In this document: positions 14,654 to 22,500 of the stretch, piece by piece
Position numbering within the stretch: the stretch's first letter is position 1
Layout: every line of letters starts with the position of its first letter
Source of the DNA: Patescibacteria group bacterium
GTDB lineage: Bacteria; Patescibacteriota; Patescibacteriia; UBA2591; UBA6264
DNA: 32,000 bases
Reading direction: 5' to 3'
Assembly: GCA_028713575.1 (NCBI GenBank)
Contig: JAQTOB010000004.1
Coordinates: 30,001 to 62,000, forward strand
The notes under the pieces: model-generated
What the model was told of the DNA's origin: nothing
Seen by the model: the letters and a program-made list of their open reading frames with translations, nothing else
Database searches by the model: none
Made by a program: the position numbers and the translations under genes

Positions 14654-15376
14654 ATGAAAAACAAAATTTTAGTCGTCGGAGTTTTTGTCTTTATTTTTAT
14701 TCTCGCCACCAATATGTATGCCATTGCTCAAAATGGCGATACCGGAATGGGTAATCAAATGCAACAGCGAATTCAGATTGACAATCAGAGCGAGAATGAC
14801 CAAATCCAGACGCAAAACAGAGAACAAGTTCAATTAGAAATGAATGTTGAAATGGGCAATCAGGTGCAACAGCAAAATCAAGTGCAAAATCAAGGCGAAA
14901 CAAGTCAACTTCAAAACAGCGAACAACAACAAACACAAACTCAAAAGAATTTATCTTTAAACGAACAGAGAAGAAGTCAAGTTGCCAATGCTGTGCAGGA
15001 AATGTTGCAGGTAGCGGAAAAAGATAGTGAAATGGGTCAGCAAATAAGAATAATTGCTCAAAATCAAAATCAAAATCAGGAAAAAATTGAAGACAGTTTG
15101 CAAAAAGTCCAAAGCCGAAGCGGCTTTGTTAAATTATTTATCGGACAAAATTACGCAGAAATCAACAATATTAAAAAAATGTTGATGCAGAATAAAGAAC
15201 AGATTGAACAGTTAAACCAGATTAAAAATCAACTTGTTAATCAAGATGACCAGCAACAGTTAAATGAACAAGTTCAAGTTTTAGAGCAGACTAATTTGCA
15301 AGTTGGGAGTTCTTTGGAGGCGGCTCAAAAAGGATTCAGTTTATTCGGCTGGATGTTTAGAATGTTTGCCAAATAA
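14654..15376 (+). CDS. Secreted Gln/Asn-rich coiled-coil protein
   Basis: 240 aa with a signal-peptide-like N-terminus (MKNKILVVGVFVFIFILATNMYAIA). The body is dominated by Q, N and E. The C-terminus is hydrophobic (GFSLFGWMFRMFAK). Confidence 0.6.
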   Translation: MKNKILVVGVFVFIFILATNMYAIAQNGDTGMGNQMQQRIQIDNQSENDQIQTQNREQVQLEMNVEMGNQVQQQNQVQNQGETSQLQNSEQQQTQTQKNLSLNEQRRSQVANAVQEMLQVAEKDSEMGQQIRIIAQNQNQNQEKIEDSLQKVQSRSGFVKLFIGQNYAEINNIKKMLMQNKEQIEQLNQIKNQLVNQDDQQQLNEQVQVLEQTNLQVGSSLEAAQKGFSLFGWMFRMFAK

Positions 15377-15500
15377 TTTTTCGGCAGCGCATAACTCCGT
15401 ATAAAAGTGGCTTAAATTTGGCTAAATAATCATATTAATTTTTAAAGACTCGGTCTTCAAGGGGTCCTTTCGCTTGAATTGTAATTTTAATAAAATTTTT

Positions 15501-16334
15501 ATGCCTGAATTGCCCGAAGTGGAGACAATAAAAAGTCAGCTTAATCGTCGGCTTAAAGGGGGGAAAATAAAAAAAATAGAAATATTTTTGCCCAAAATTA
15601 TCCGGTTGGAGGCAAAATTTTTTATTAACAAGACCGTGGGGGCGAAAATAAAAAAAGTTTGGCGTCGGGCCAAGATGATTATTATTGACTTAGATAATGG
15701 TTATTCTTTGCTGATTCATTTAAAATTGACCGGACGGTTGATTTTATGTCACCGGCTTCGGGAAGATTACCAAAAGCATACGCATTTAGTTTTCCATTTT
15801 TTTGACAAAAGTGTCCTGATTTTTCAGGATATCCGGCAATTCGGATATTTTGACCTTTATCGTACTGAAAACCTGAAGGGATTTTTTCAGGAAAAGAAAC
15901 TGGGGCCTGAGCCCTTGAAAAAAAGTTTTACTTTAAAAAAATTTACTGAGTTATTAAGCAAAAAACCGGATAAAAAAATTAAACCCTTGTTAATGGAACA
16001 AAATTTTATTGCCGGCATTGGCAATATCTATGCTCAGGAAATTTGTTGGTCGGCCAAAATTTCTCCTCTTCGTCTCGCCAAAACTTTGAATAAAAAAGAA
16101 ATTCAAGAAATTTACCGCCACTTGCTCATGATTTTAAAAAAAGCCGTTAAACAGGGCGGAACCACAGCCGCGGATGAAGGGTATATTGATGCGCGAGGGA
16201 ATAAAGGAAAATACGGCTCGCAACTAAAAGTTTATCAAAGAGAAGGGGAAAAATGTTTTCGTTGCAAAGGGATAATAGAAAGAATTGTTTTGACCGGCAG
16301 GGGAACCGCTTATTGTCCTCGTTGTCAAAAGTAA
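15501..16334 (+). CDS. mutM: Formamidopyrimidine-DNA glycosylase
   Basis: MPELPEVETI is the catalytic N-terminal Pro motif, which fixes the start at ATG 15501 rather than TTG 15474. Also present are an H2TH region (GIGNIYAQEICWSAKISP) and a C-terminal zinc finger (CFRC..CPRC). Confidence 0.92.
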   Translation: MPELPEVETIKSQLNRRLKGGKIKKIEIFLPKIIRLEAKFFINKTVGAKIKKVWRRAKMIIIDLDNGYSLLIHLKLTGRLILCHRLREDYQKHTHLVFHFFDKSVLIFQDIRQFGYFDLYRTENLKGFFQEKKLGPEPLKKSFTLKKFTELLSKKPDKKIKPLLMEQNFIAGIGNIYAQEICWSAKISPLRLAKTLNKKEIQEIYRHLLMILKKAVKQGGTTAADEGYIDARGNKGKYGSQLKVYQREGEKCFRCKGIIERIVLTGRGTAYCPRCQK

Positions 16335-16427
16335 TCAAGAGTGATTGGTCGCGTTAAAAAACTCGCATGGAAATTTTTTAAAACAAATTTAATCACCCCG
16401 GAGGAAATATATGATTTTCTAACGAGG

Positions 16428-16455
16428 TTGACAGAATTCAAACTTTTGATATTAT
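16428..16455 (+). promoter_or_regulatory. Sigma-70-like promoter candidate upstream of the small membrane protein gene
   Basis: TTGACA at 16428-16433, a 16-nt spacer, then TATTAT at 16450-16455. This is AT-rich context, so the match is weak evidence. Confidence 0.25.
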
Positions 16456-16527
16456 AAATCAATAAAGGGGAGTTTTTCTCCTGTTTTTTAAATCTTTAAA
16501 ATTAAATAAAAATAAAAGGAGGAAAAA

Positions 16528-16995
16528 TTGATTTGGTCAGAAATTATTGCCGGAATTTTACTTGTTGTCCGGTCAGAATTTGCTATTATGCAGTTTCACC
16601 ATATTGGTTTAACAGCAATAATAGCTTTTCTGATTGTGACAATTTGGACCAATTTTAAAGTGGTCTTGATTTTTACGTCCACCGGCCTGGTTGACTGGTT
16701 GGTGGCGAAATTTGGAAAAAGGCACCGCCATCTGGGAGAGATGGCAGTTAATTGGCCTTGGTTAAAAAAAATAAATCAAGGGGTCAGGAGTGGCCGAAAA
16801 AAATTACTGGCTTGGCTAATCACTCATAATAAGCTGGCAATTTTCCTAATCTTGTTTGTTCCTTTTACGCCATTTATGGAAGATGTTGCCATTGTGGCGG
16901 CGCGTATCGCCAAGATTAAGGGAGCATTGCCGCTGTTGCTTATCGCTAACACGGCGCGCATGGCCTTGATGACCTTTGTCGTGTATTTGTTTTGA
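16528..16995 (+). CDS. Small multi-pass membrane protein (function unknown)
   Basis: 155 aa with about 4 hydrophobic segments. The TTG start is preceded by a strong AGGAGG 7 nt upstream. Confidence 0.55.
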   Translation: MIWSEIIAGILLVVRSEFAIMQFHHIGLTAIIAFLIVTIWTNFKVVLIFTSTGLVDWLVAKFGKRHRHLGEMAVNWPWLKKINQGVRSGRKKLLAWLITHNKLAIFLILFVPFTPFMEDVAIVAARIAKIKGALPLLLIANTARMALMTFVVYLF

Positions 16996-17078
16996 AAATT
17001 ATATAAGAGGACGTTGAGAAACGTTCTCTTGTTCGTTTAAAAACAAAAATCGGAATACCGAAATTTGAACTCGGGCTT

Positions 17079-17120
17079 CCGCCAAGGGCGGACCCGCCTT
17101 TGGCGGGAAATATTTTTTTA
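17079..17120. terminator. GC-rich hairpin plus T-run between convergent genes
   Basis: CCGCCAAGGGCG / CGCCTTTGGCGG forms a 12-bp stem (one G-U pair) with loop gacc at 17079-17106. It is followed by gaaatattttttt. It lies between the + strand membrane gene and the - strand tRNA-Pro. Confidence 0.5.
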
Positions 17121-17148
17121 GCGAGTCATAACGATATCAATTTTAAAA

Positions 17149-17222
17149 TCGGGATGGTGGGATTCGCACCCACGGTCTCCACGTCCCGAACGTGGCGCAT
17201 TAGACTACTATGCTACACCCCG
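17149..17222 (-). tRNA. tRNA-Pro (anticodon CGG), no encoded CCA, atypical D and T loops
   Basis: The reverse complement folds as CGGGGTG/CATCCCG (acceptor), GCAT/ATGC (D stem), CCACG-TTCGGGA-CGTGG (anticodon arm) and GTGGG-TGCGAAT-CCCAC (T arm), with discriminator A. Confidence 0.8.
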
Positions 17223-17342
17223 ATTGGTGTAAATAATATAGATTATTTATGAAGATTTGACAAGGTCGCGCTTGAAATGTTTTCAAAATACTTTACTATA
17301 AATCAGGATGCGAGATGTTTAAATTAACCAAAAATCATATCC

Positions 17343-18500
17343 ATGAAATTTTTTAACTTAACTCCCAAAATCAATCTTTCTAAAGATTTTAAAATGCTTT
17401 GCCTTTATCAAACCATTATTGCTTTGGCTGACGGTATGATCGGTTTATTTTTGCCGATTTTTTTATTTGAAAAATTAAATCAATCAATTTATCCGGTGAT
17501 TATTTTTTACGCTACCGGTTATTTGCTTTACGGCCTTTTAGTGCCTTTGGGCGCCATTTTAATGAATAAAATCGGCTTGGAAAAATCAATTCTCTGGGGC
17601 CGTTTTTTTACCATTCCCTTTTATCTTTGTTTGTTTTTTTTGAAAAATAATCCTTGGGTTTTTCTTGTTTTGGCCGGTTTGTTTTTGTTGTTTTTTCGCC
17701 TTCTTTACTGGGTGCCTTATCATGTTGATTTTGTTAGTTTTACCGAAGGCAGATATCGCGGTCGGCAAATGGCTTATTTGGCTATTTTGGGTTACCTTGT
17801 TGCCATTGGCGCGCCCTTGTTGTCTGGATTTTTGCTTAATAGCTTTAGTTTTGAATTTGTTTTTCTGTTAGTAATAATTATTTTAATAATTTCTTTGATT
17901 CCTTTAAAAAAATTAAATGACACTCAGGCCAATTTTCAATTTTCTTATTTGCAAACATTTAAGGAATTATTTAAAAAGCAAAATAGGTCAGCCTCTTTGG
18001 CTTATTTGGCTGACGGCGGACAAAATATGATTGGCGTTGTTATTTGGCCGCTTTTTATCTACCAAATTTTGGAAAAGCAATACTTGGCCTTGGGCGCGGT
18101 GGCCGCCTTAATTACAATTGGAACCGTCCTTTGCCGTTTGTTAATCGGCAGTTATACTGACAAGTATTCAAAAAAGAAACTTTTAAAAATCGGGTCCTTT
18201 TTTTACGCTTTAGGCTGGCTGGCAAAGTCATTGGTGGAAACCGCTTTTCAGATTTTTATTATCGGCACTTTTCACAGTTTTATGTCCATTATTATGCGTT
18301 CGCCCCTGGATGCTTTGACTTACGAAAGAATTTCCGTTCGCGATTCTTATATTGACGAATATACGGTTTTGCGCGAGATAAGCGTTAGCTTGGGTTATTT
18401 TTTAATGGGAATGATTGTTTTGCTTTTAGTCGGATTGGTTGGCCTTAAAATTACTTTTTTAGTCGCGGCTTTTTGTAGCTTATTTGTCAATAAATTATAA
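17343..18500 (+). CDS. MFS-type transporter
   Basis: 385 aa with about 10-12 hydrophobic helices in two halves separated by a basic loop (KKLNDTQANFQ..KKQNR). This is MFS-like topology. The substrate is unknown. Confidence 0.6.
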   Translation: MKFFNLTPKINLSKDFKMLCLYQTIIALADGMIGLFLPIFLFEKLNQSIYPVIIFYATGYLLYGLLVPLGAILMNKIGLEKSILWGRFFTIPFYLCLFFLKNNPWVFLVLAGLFLLFFRLLYWVPYHVDFVSFTEGRYRGRQMAYLAILGYLVAIGAPLLSGFLLNSFSFEFVFLLVIIILIISLIPLKKLNDTQANFQFSYLQTFKELFKKQNRSASLAYLADGGQNMIGVVIWPLFIYQILEKQYLALGAVAALITIGTVLCRLLIGSYTDKYSKKKLLKIGSFFYALGWLAKSLVETAFQIFIIGTFHSFMSIIMRSPLDALTYERISVRDSYIDEYTVLREISVSLGYFLMGMIVLLLVGLVGLKITFLVAAFCSLFVNKL

Positions 18501-18503
18501 TTT

Positions 18504-19049
18504 ATGCCGCCCAAATTATTGCTTCATGTTTGTTGCGCCAATTGCGGAATAGTTCCCATTGAATTACTAAGAGACCGGTTTGACCTGACTTTATTTTGGT
18601 ATAATCCGAATATTTATCCCCGAACAGAATATCAAAAACGCTTGGCAGATGTTAAAAAATTAGTTAAAATATATAAAAAGGATTTGATTGTTGAAAACAA
18701 TGATATTAAAAAGTGGTTTGAAATTACCAAAGAGCTGGAAAACGAGCCAGAAGGGGGTAAAAGGTGCGAAAAATGTTTTCAAATGCGATTAAGCCGAACC
18801 GCGCGGTTAGCCAAAGAAAAAAGTTTTGATTTTTTTGCCACTACTTTAAGTGTCGGACCGCAGAAAAGGGCGAAAATAATTAATAAATTGGGAGAAAAAT
18901 TGGCGAAAGAATGCGATTTGAAATTTTACCCGGCGGATTTTAAAAAACAAGATGGATTTAAAAAAAGCGTTGAACTGAGCAAAAAATACGGGTTTTACCG
19001 CCAGCACTATTGCGGTTGCGTCTTTAGCATTAGAACGTCAAAACATTAA
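18504..19049 (+). CDS. queH: Epoxyqueuosine reductase QueH (DUF208)
   Basis: LLLHVCCANCG, WYNPNIYP, KRCEKCFQMRL and YRQHYCGCVFS match the QueH cysteine motifs. Confidence 0.85.
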   Translation: MPPKLLLHVCCANCGIVPIELLRDRFDLTLFWYNPNIYPRTEYQKRLADVKKLVKIYKKDLIVENNDIKKWFEITKELENEPEGGKRCEKCFQMRLSRTARLAKEKSFDFFATTLSVGPQKRAKIINKLGEKLAKECDLKFYPADFKKQDGFKKSVELSKKYGFYRQHYCGCVFSIRTSKH

Positions 19050-19052
19050 AAC

Positions 19053-19409
19053 ATGAAAACAAGTAGTTTTAAAGAAAATTTAAAAAAGAAAATGGATGAA
19101 TATGTTCATTTTGTTTATAAAATTACTCTTAATTTTCCTAAAGCGGAAATATATGGAACTGTTTCTCAATTAAGAAGGGCGTCTTTGTCGGTGGTTTTAA
19201 ATTATATAGAAGGATTTGCCAGAAGAAAGAGACTTGTTCAATTGAATTTTTTAGAAATTTCTTACGGGTCGTTAAAAGAATCAAAATATCTTTTACATTT
19301 TGCTTTGATTGAAAATTATTTGGACACAAAAGACTATAAAATTGCTTTAAAAATGGCAGAAGAAATCGGAGCTATGCTTTGGACAGAAATATCTAATTTA
19401 GATAAATAA
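19053..19409 (+). CDS. Four-helix-bundle protein (23S rRNA intervening-sequence protein family)
   Basis: 118 aa. The motif SQLRRASLSVVLNYIEGFARR and the later SLKESKYLLHFA are typical of this family. Confidence 0.7.
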   Translation: MKTSSFKENLKKKMDEYVHFVYKITLNFPKAEIYGTVSQLRRASLSVVLNYIEGFARRKRLVQLNFLEISYGSLKESKYLLHFALIENYLDTKDYKIALKMAEEIGAMLWTEISNLDK

Positions 19410-19450
19410 TTAATTGTTTTTTAGCCAAAGGCTGATCCGTCTCCGACGGA

Positions 19451-19515
19451 AATGTTCTAATGTTCTAGTGTTTTAATGTTTTAATGTTTTTATGTTTTTA
19501 TGTTTTTATGTTTTT
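19451..19515 (+). repeat. Third 8-bp-unit array (8 units), ending at the ATG of the next ORF
   Basis: The register is aatgttct|aatgttct|agtgtttt|aatgtttt|aatgtttt|tatgtttt|tatgtttt|tatgtttt|t-ATG. Confidence 0.8.
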
Positions 19516-19860
19516 ATGAATCCTAATAAATGGGAAAATTTAATATTTATGGCTGAGGAAAAATTTGGTTTAGACAAGAAATACATGGAAGATTTTGAGG
19601 TTTCCGAACTTTCTACGGGCGAGAAAATTATGGGCCAAAAAGAAATTGTGGAATTTAAGAGTCCTTTGGGTCGGATAAAGTTAGAAAAAACTTCCCGGCC
19701 AAAAGTCATTGATAAAAAAGTTTTACACACCAAGAGAATTGGCGGCAGAACCGCCATTGATTTCGTTTATTCGCCGGACGAAAGAGTTGAAGAGCTTAAA
19801 ATTTATAAAGAAAATAAAGAAGGGGAATGGGAAGAGTTAACGGCATTGAAGGAATTTTAA
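19516..19860 (+). CDS. Hypothetical protein
   Basis: The ORF track starts at 19492, inside the 8-mer array. The in-frame ATG at 19516 (MNPNKWENLIF...) is the first one outside the array. No family was recognised. Confidence 0.45.
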   Translation: MNPNKWENLIFMAEEKFGLDKKYMEDFEVSELSTGEKIMGQKEIVEFKSPLGRIKLEKTSRPKVIDKKVLHTKRIGGRTAIDFVYSPDERVEELKIYKENKEGEWEELTALKEF

Positions 19861-19872
19861 TTTTTATTTTTT

Positions 19873-20550
19873 ATGAATAAGTCTTATTTTTATTTGCCGG
19901 CTATTTTTTGTTTAATTCTTTTTTTTATTTTTAAATTTCCTTCCGTTAAAGCAATAATTATTGGTTATGATTTGATTTTAGTTTTAACCATTTTTTTAGT
20001 TTTTTTCTTGATTAAAAAGAAGATAAAAACCCGCTGGATGTTTTTGGCTCAAAGCGCGGTTTTTGTTTTAAGCGGTCTGGGATTTTTCCTTTTTGTCGCC
20101 GATGTCTTTTGGCAATTTGTTTTCGGCCTGATTTTTATTCTCGGCTTGGGCTATTTTTTCTTTCATATTTTTAAATTATTTAATCAGCCCCGTATTTGCC
20201 AGCCGGATGCTTTGGAAAAAATGAGTTTTTGGCAAAATTTCATTATTATTTATTGGACTTTAAGCGTGATTGGCGCCACTCTCGGAGTTAATCCTTTAAA
20301 TTGGCGATTTTTTTCCGCTTTGCCTTTGGTTTTTCTTCTGTTTTATTGGTTGGGTTATTATTCTTTTTATCTTAAATCAGGAGAGCTCAAATTGATTAAA
20401 ATTGATTTGTTAATCATTGGTTTGGTTTTGACGGAAATTCATTTAGCCATAAATTTTTTGCCCTTAGGTTTTTATCTAAACGCTTTGATAATTTCTTCAT
20501 TATATGGTATAATTATTAACATATGGCAAAAGATAAAGAGTTTTGTTTAA
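19873..20550 (+). CDS. Multi-pass membrane protein (function unknown)
   Basis: 225 aa with about 6-7 hydrophobic helices. No motif was recognised. Confidence 0.5.
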   Translation: MNKSYFYLPAIFCLILFFIFKFPSVKAIIIGYDLILVLTIFLVFFLIKKKIKTRWMFLAQSAVFVLSGLGFFLFVADVFWQFVFGLIFILGLGYFFFHIFKLFNQPRICQPDALEKMSFWQNFIIIYWTLSVIGATLGVNPLNWRFFSALPLVFLLFYWLGYYSFYLKSGELKLIKIDLLIIGLVLTEIHLAINFLPLGFYLNALIISSLYGIIINIWQKIKSFV

Positions 20551-20675
20551 AATTTGGAGCCGCCAGTTGGCGGGGAACAAATTTTAGAAACAAAACCTTT
20601 ACCCCGCCCCCATTTTTTCTAAATTTTCTATAATATCCGACTATGTAGTATTATGTATATGTTCTACAAGATAAA

Positions 20676-20879
20676 TTGACAAAAGAGATATACATTGGTT
20701 ATAGCGAAAATTTAATTTCTAGAGCCAAAGACCACCAAAAGCAAAATAAAAATTGGGTACTTGTCTACTACGAAGCTTATCAATCAGAAAAAGCTGTTCA
20801 AGAAAGAGAAAAAAGATTGAAATATTATGGTACCTCGCTTTCTAATTTAAAACGTCGTATTAAAGATTGCTTTTTCTGA
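20676..20879 (+). CDS. Small GIY-YIG nuclease-domain protein; start unresolved and possibly a pseudogene
   Basis: EIYIGYSENLISRAKDH followed by WVLVYYEAYQSEKAVQEREKRLK is the GIY-YIG/URI fold. The conserved first strand YYVYVL is encoded in frame upstream (20649-20666), but between it and the only upstream ATG (20643) lies a TAG (20646). Confidence 0.6.
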   Translation: MTKEIYIGYSENLISRAKDHQKQNKNWVLVYYEAYQSEKAVQEREKRLKYYGTSLSNLKRRIKDCFF

Positions 20880-21017
20880 GAAAAAATGGGGGCTGGGTGC
20901 TCATAATTATAACGAAATTATTTCCCCAGCACATAATGGATTTTCTAAAAAAAGAATATCAATATTATTATGAAATTAAAATAAGATAATCAAAACTCAG
21001 CATAGCGCCATATATTT

Positions 21018-22301
21018 ATGTGCTGGGTCATAATTTTGATAATTATGGTAAAAAAAATTGATATCACCGATGATTTAGAAGAAAAAGAAGTGGAAATAAA
21101 AAAAAGCGAGAGGTTGAACGCTTTGGAAAACCGCCAAAACAAAGCAGAGAAAAAAATCTCGGAATTTTATCAGAACAAAGAGTTTTCTTTTGAAAAGCCC
21201 AAAGCTTCAACCAAGGGCCTTGTTTGGCTGATTATTATTTGGTCAATTGTTTTCGGTTTGGCTGGTGGCACTTTGGCCAGTTATTTTATGTTGACGCGCG
21301 AAAGCATTAACATTCCTTTTTTGAATAAAGAAATTAAATTAAATAAAATTTTTTCTCCCAAGGAGGTTAATACGGTAACGGAAAAAAATGTTACGGTTCT
21401 GGCCGAAACCAGAATGGCGGAATTAGTTGATGATTTATTTGTTAAAACCGTTAGAATTTTTAAAACCAAAACTCAAGACCAAACAAGTTTTTTAGAGCAG
21501 ATTTATGCTCCTTGGCAGGCCTTGGGAATCGGCGCTTTCGTCAGTCCTAATGGTTGGCTAATTACTGCTTATAACTTTGAGCCGGAGACAGATTATGTGG
21601 TCGTTGATTATAAAAATAATATTTTAAGCATTGAAAAAATAATCAGTGACCCAATCACTGATTTGAGTTTTTACAAAATCAATCAGGAAGAATCCCCCTT
21701 TTTTGAATTAGAAGAAAAAAAAGGAATAATCCCGGGTCAGCAAGCGATTATTTCGGACAAATTGCAGAATGTTCATTTAACTGCCATCAGTCAACCTTTG
21801 ACTAGAAACATTTTTAAAACCGAAGATTTGGTTTATTCCAGTGACAAATTTTCCGAATTTATGCGCTTGGAGTTTTCTGAGGTCGCTTTTCCCCAAAGTT
21901 TAATTTTCGGCTTAAACGGTAAACTTTTGGGATTTATTTCGCAAAAAGCCGTTCCGGCGTGGCAAGTGAGAGCTTTAATTGACCAGGTAGTGGCCACGGG
22001 TGAGATTAAGCGGCCGTTTTTGGGCATTGATTATTTAAGAATAGACCAAGCTCCCGGCTTAACCAGTCCCCGTTTTAAAGATTTGAACCAAGGGCTGATT
22101 GTTTATGGCTCGCCTTTGGCAAATAGTCCGGCAGAAAAGGCCGGGATTAAAAACGCGGATGTGATTGTTAAAATAGACGGCCAAATTATTGACAAAAATA
22201 TTGACTTGACTGAATTGGTTTTACAGAAGATACCTCAAGAAATGGAAATAACGGTTTTAAGAGAAGGAGAGCAAATAATTTTAAAAGTTGTCTTAGAATA
22301 A
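21018..22301 (+). CDS. Membrane-anchored HtrA/DegP-like protein with C-terminal PDZ domain and a degenerate catalytic triad
   Basis: It has a TM (LVWLIIIWSIVFGLAGGTLASYFML), a trypsin-like core alignable to HtrA (GIGAFVSPNGWLITAYNF, DLSFYKI, LIFGLNGKLLGFIS) and a PDZ domain (GLIVYGSPLANSPAEKAGIKNADVIVKIDGQII). The start is either ATG 21018 or ATG 21045. Confidence 0.7.
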   Translation: MCWVIILIIMVKKIDITDDLEEKEVEIKKSERLNALENRQNKAEKKISEFYQNKEFSFEKPKASTKGLVWLIIIWSIVFGLAGGTLASYFMLTRESINIPFLNKEIKLNKIFSPKEVNTVTEKNVTVLAETRMAELVDDLFVKTVRIFKTKTQDQTSFLEQIYAPWQALGIGAFVSPNGWLITAYNFEPETDYVVVDYKNNILSIEKIISDPITDLSFYKINQEESPFFELEEKKGIIPGQQAIISDKLQNVHLTAISQPLTRNIFKTEDLVYSSDKFSEFMRLEFSEVAFPQSLIFGLNGKLLGFISQKAVPAWQVRALIDQVVATGEIKRPFLGIDYLRIDQAPGLTSPRFKDLNQGLIVYGSPLANSPAEKAGIKNADVIVKIDGQIIDKNIDLTELVLQKIPQEMEITVLREGEQIILKVVLE

Positions 22302-22500
22302 AAAAGTGATAAAAGTGATAAAAGTGATATGAAAAATTTACTTAAGAGCAAGACTTCTAAGTAGTTTTTTTGTAAAAAGTTTTTCACAGGAGGTTTTAAA
22401 AAATAAAAATAAGTGATATAATACAATCAAGATATATAAAAAAATAGCATTTTATAAAATGAGTCATTAAAGAGAAAAAATAAATTTAATTTAAAATTTT

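Noticed and set aside
20646-20648. In-frame TAG after the ATG of the GIY-YIG gene read as evidence for stop-codon reassignment.
   Set aside because: TAG is used as a genuine terminator elsewhere in the window (the giant gene at 27241-27243), and no other gene needs TAG read-through. A point mutation, an alternative TTG start or a sequencing error are simpler explanations.
22302-22328. The unit aaaagtgat repeated three times in tandem right after the HtrA-like stop. A similar ggactga-type 7-bp micro-repeat lies at 3288-3316.
   Set aside because: These are real tandem repeats, but they are short and isolated. They show no recurring association with gene starts or with the palindrome families, so no functional inference can be supported.
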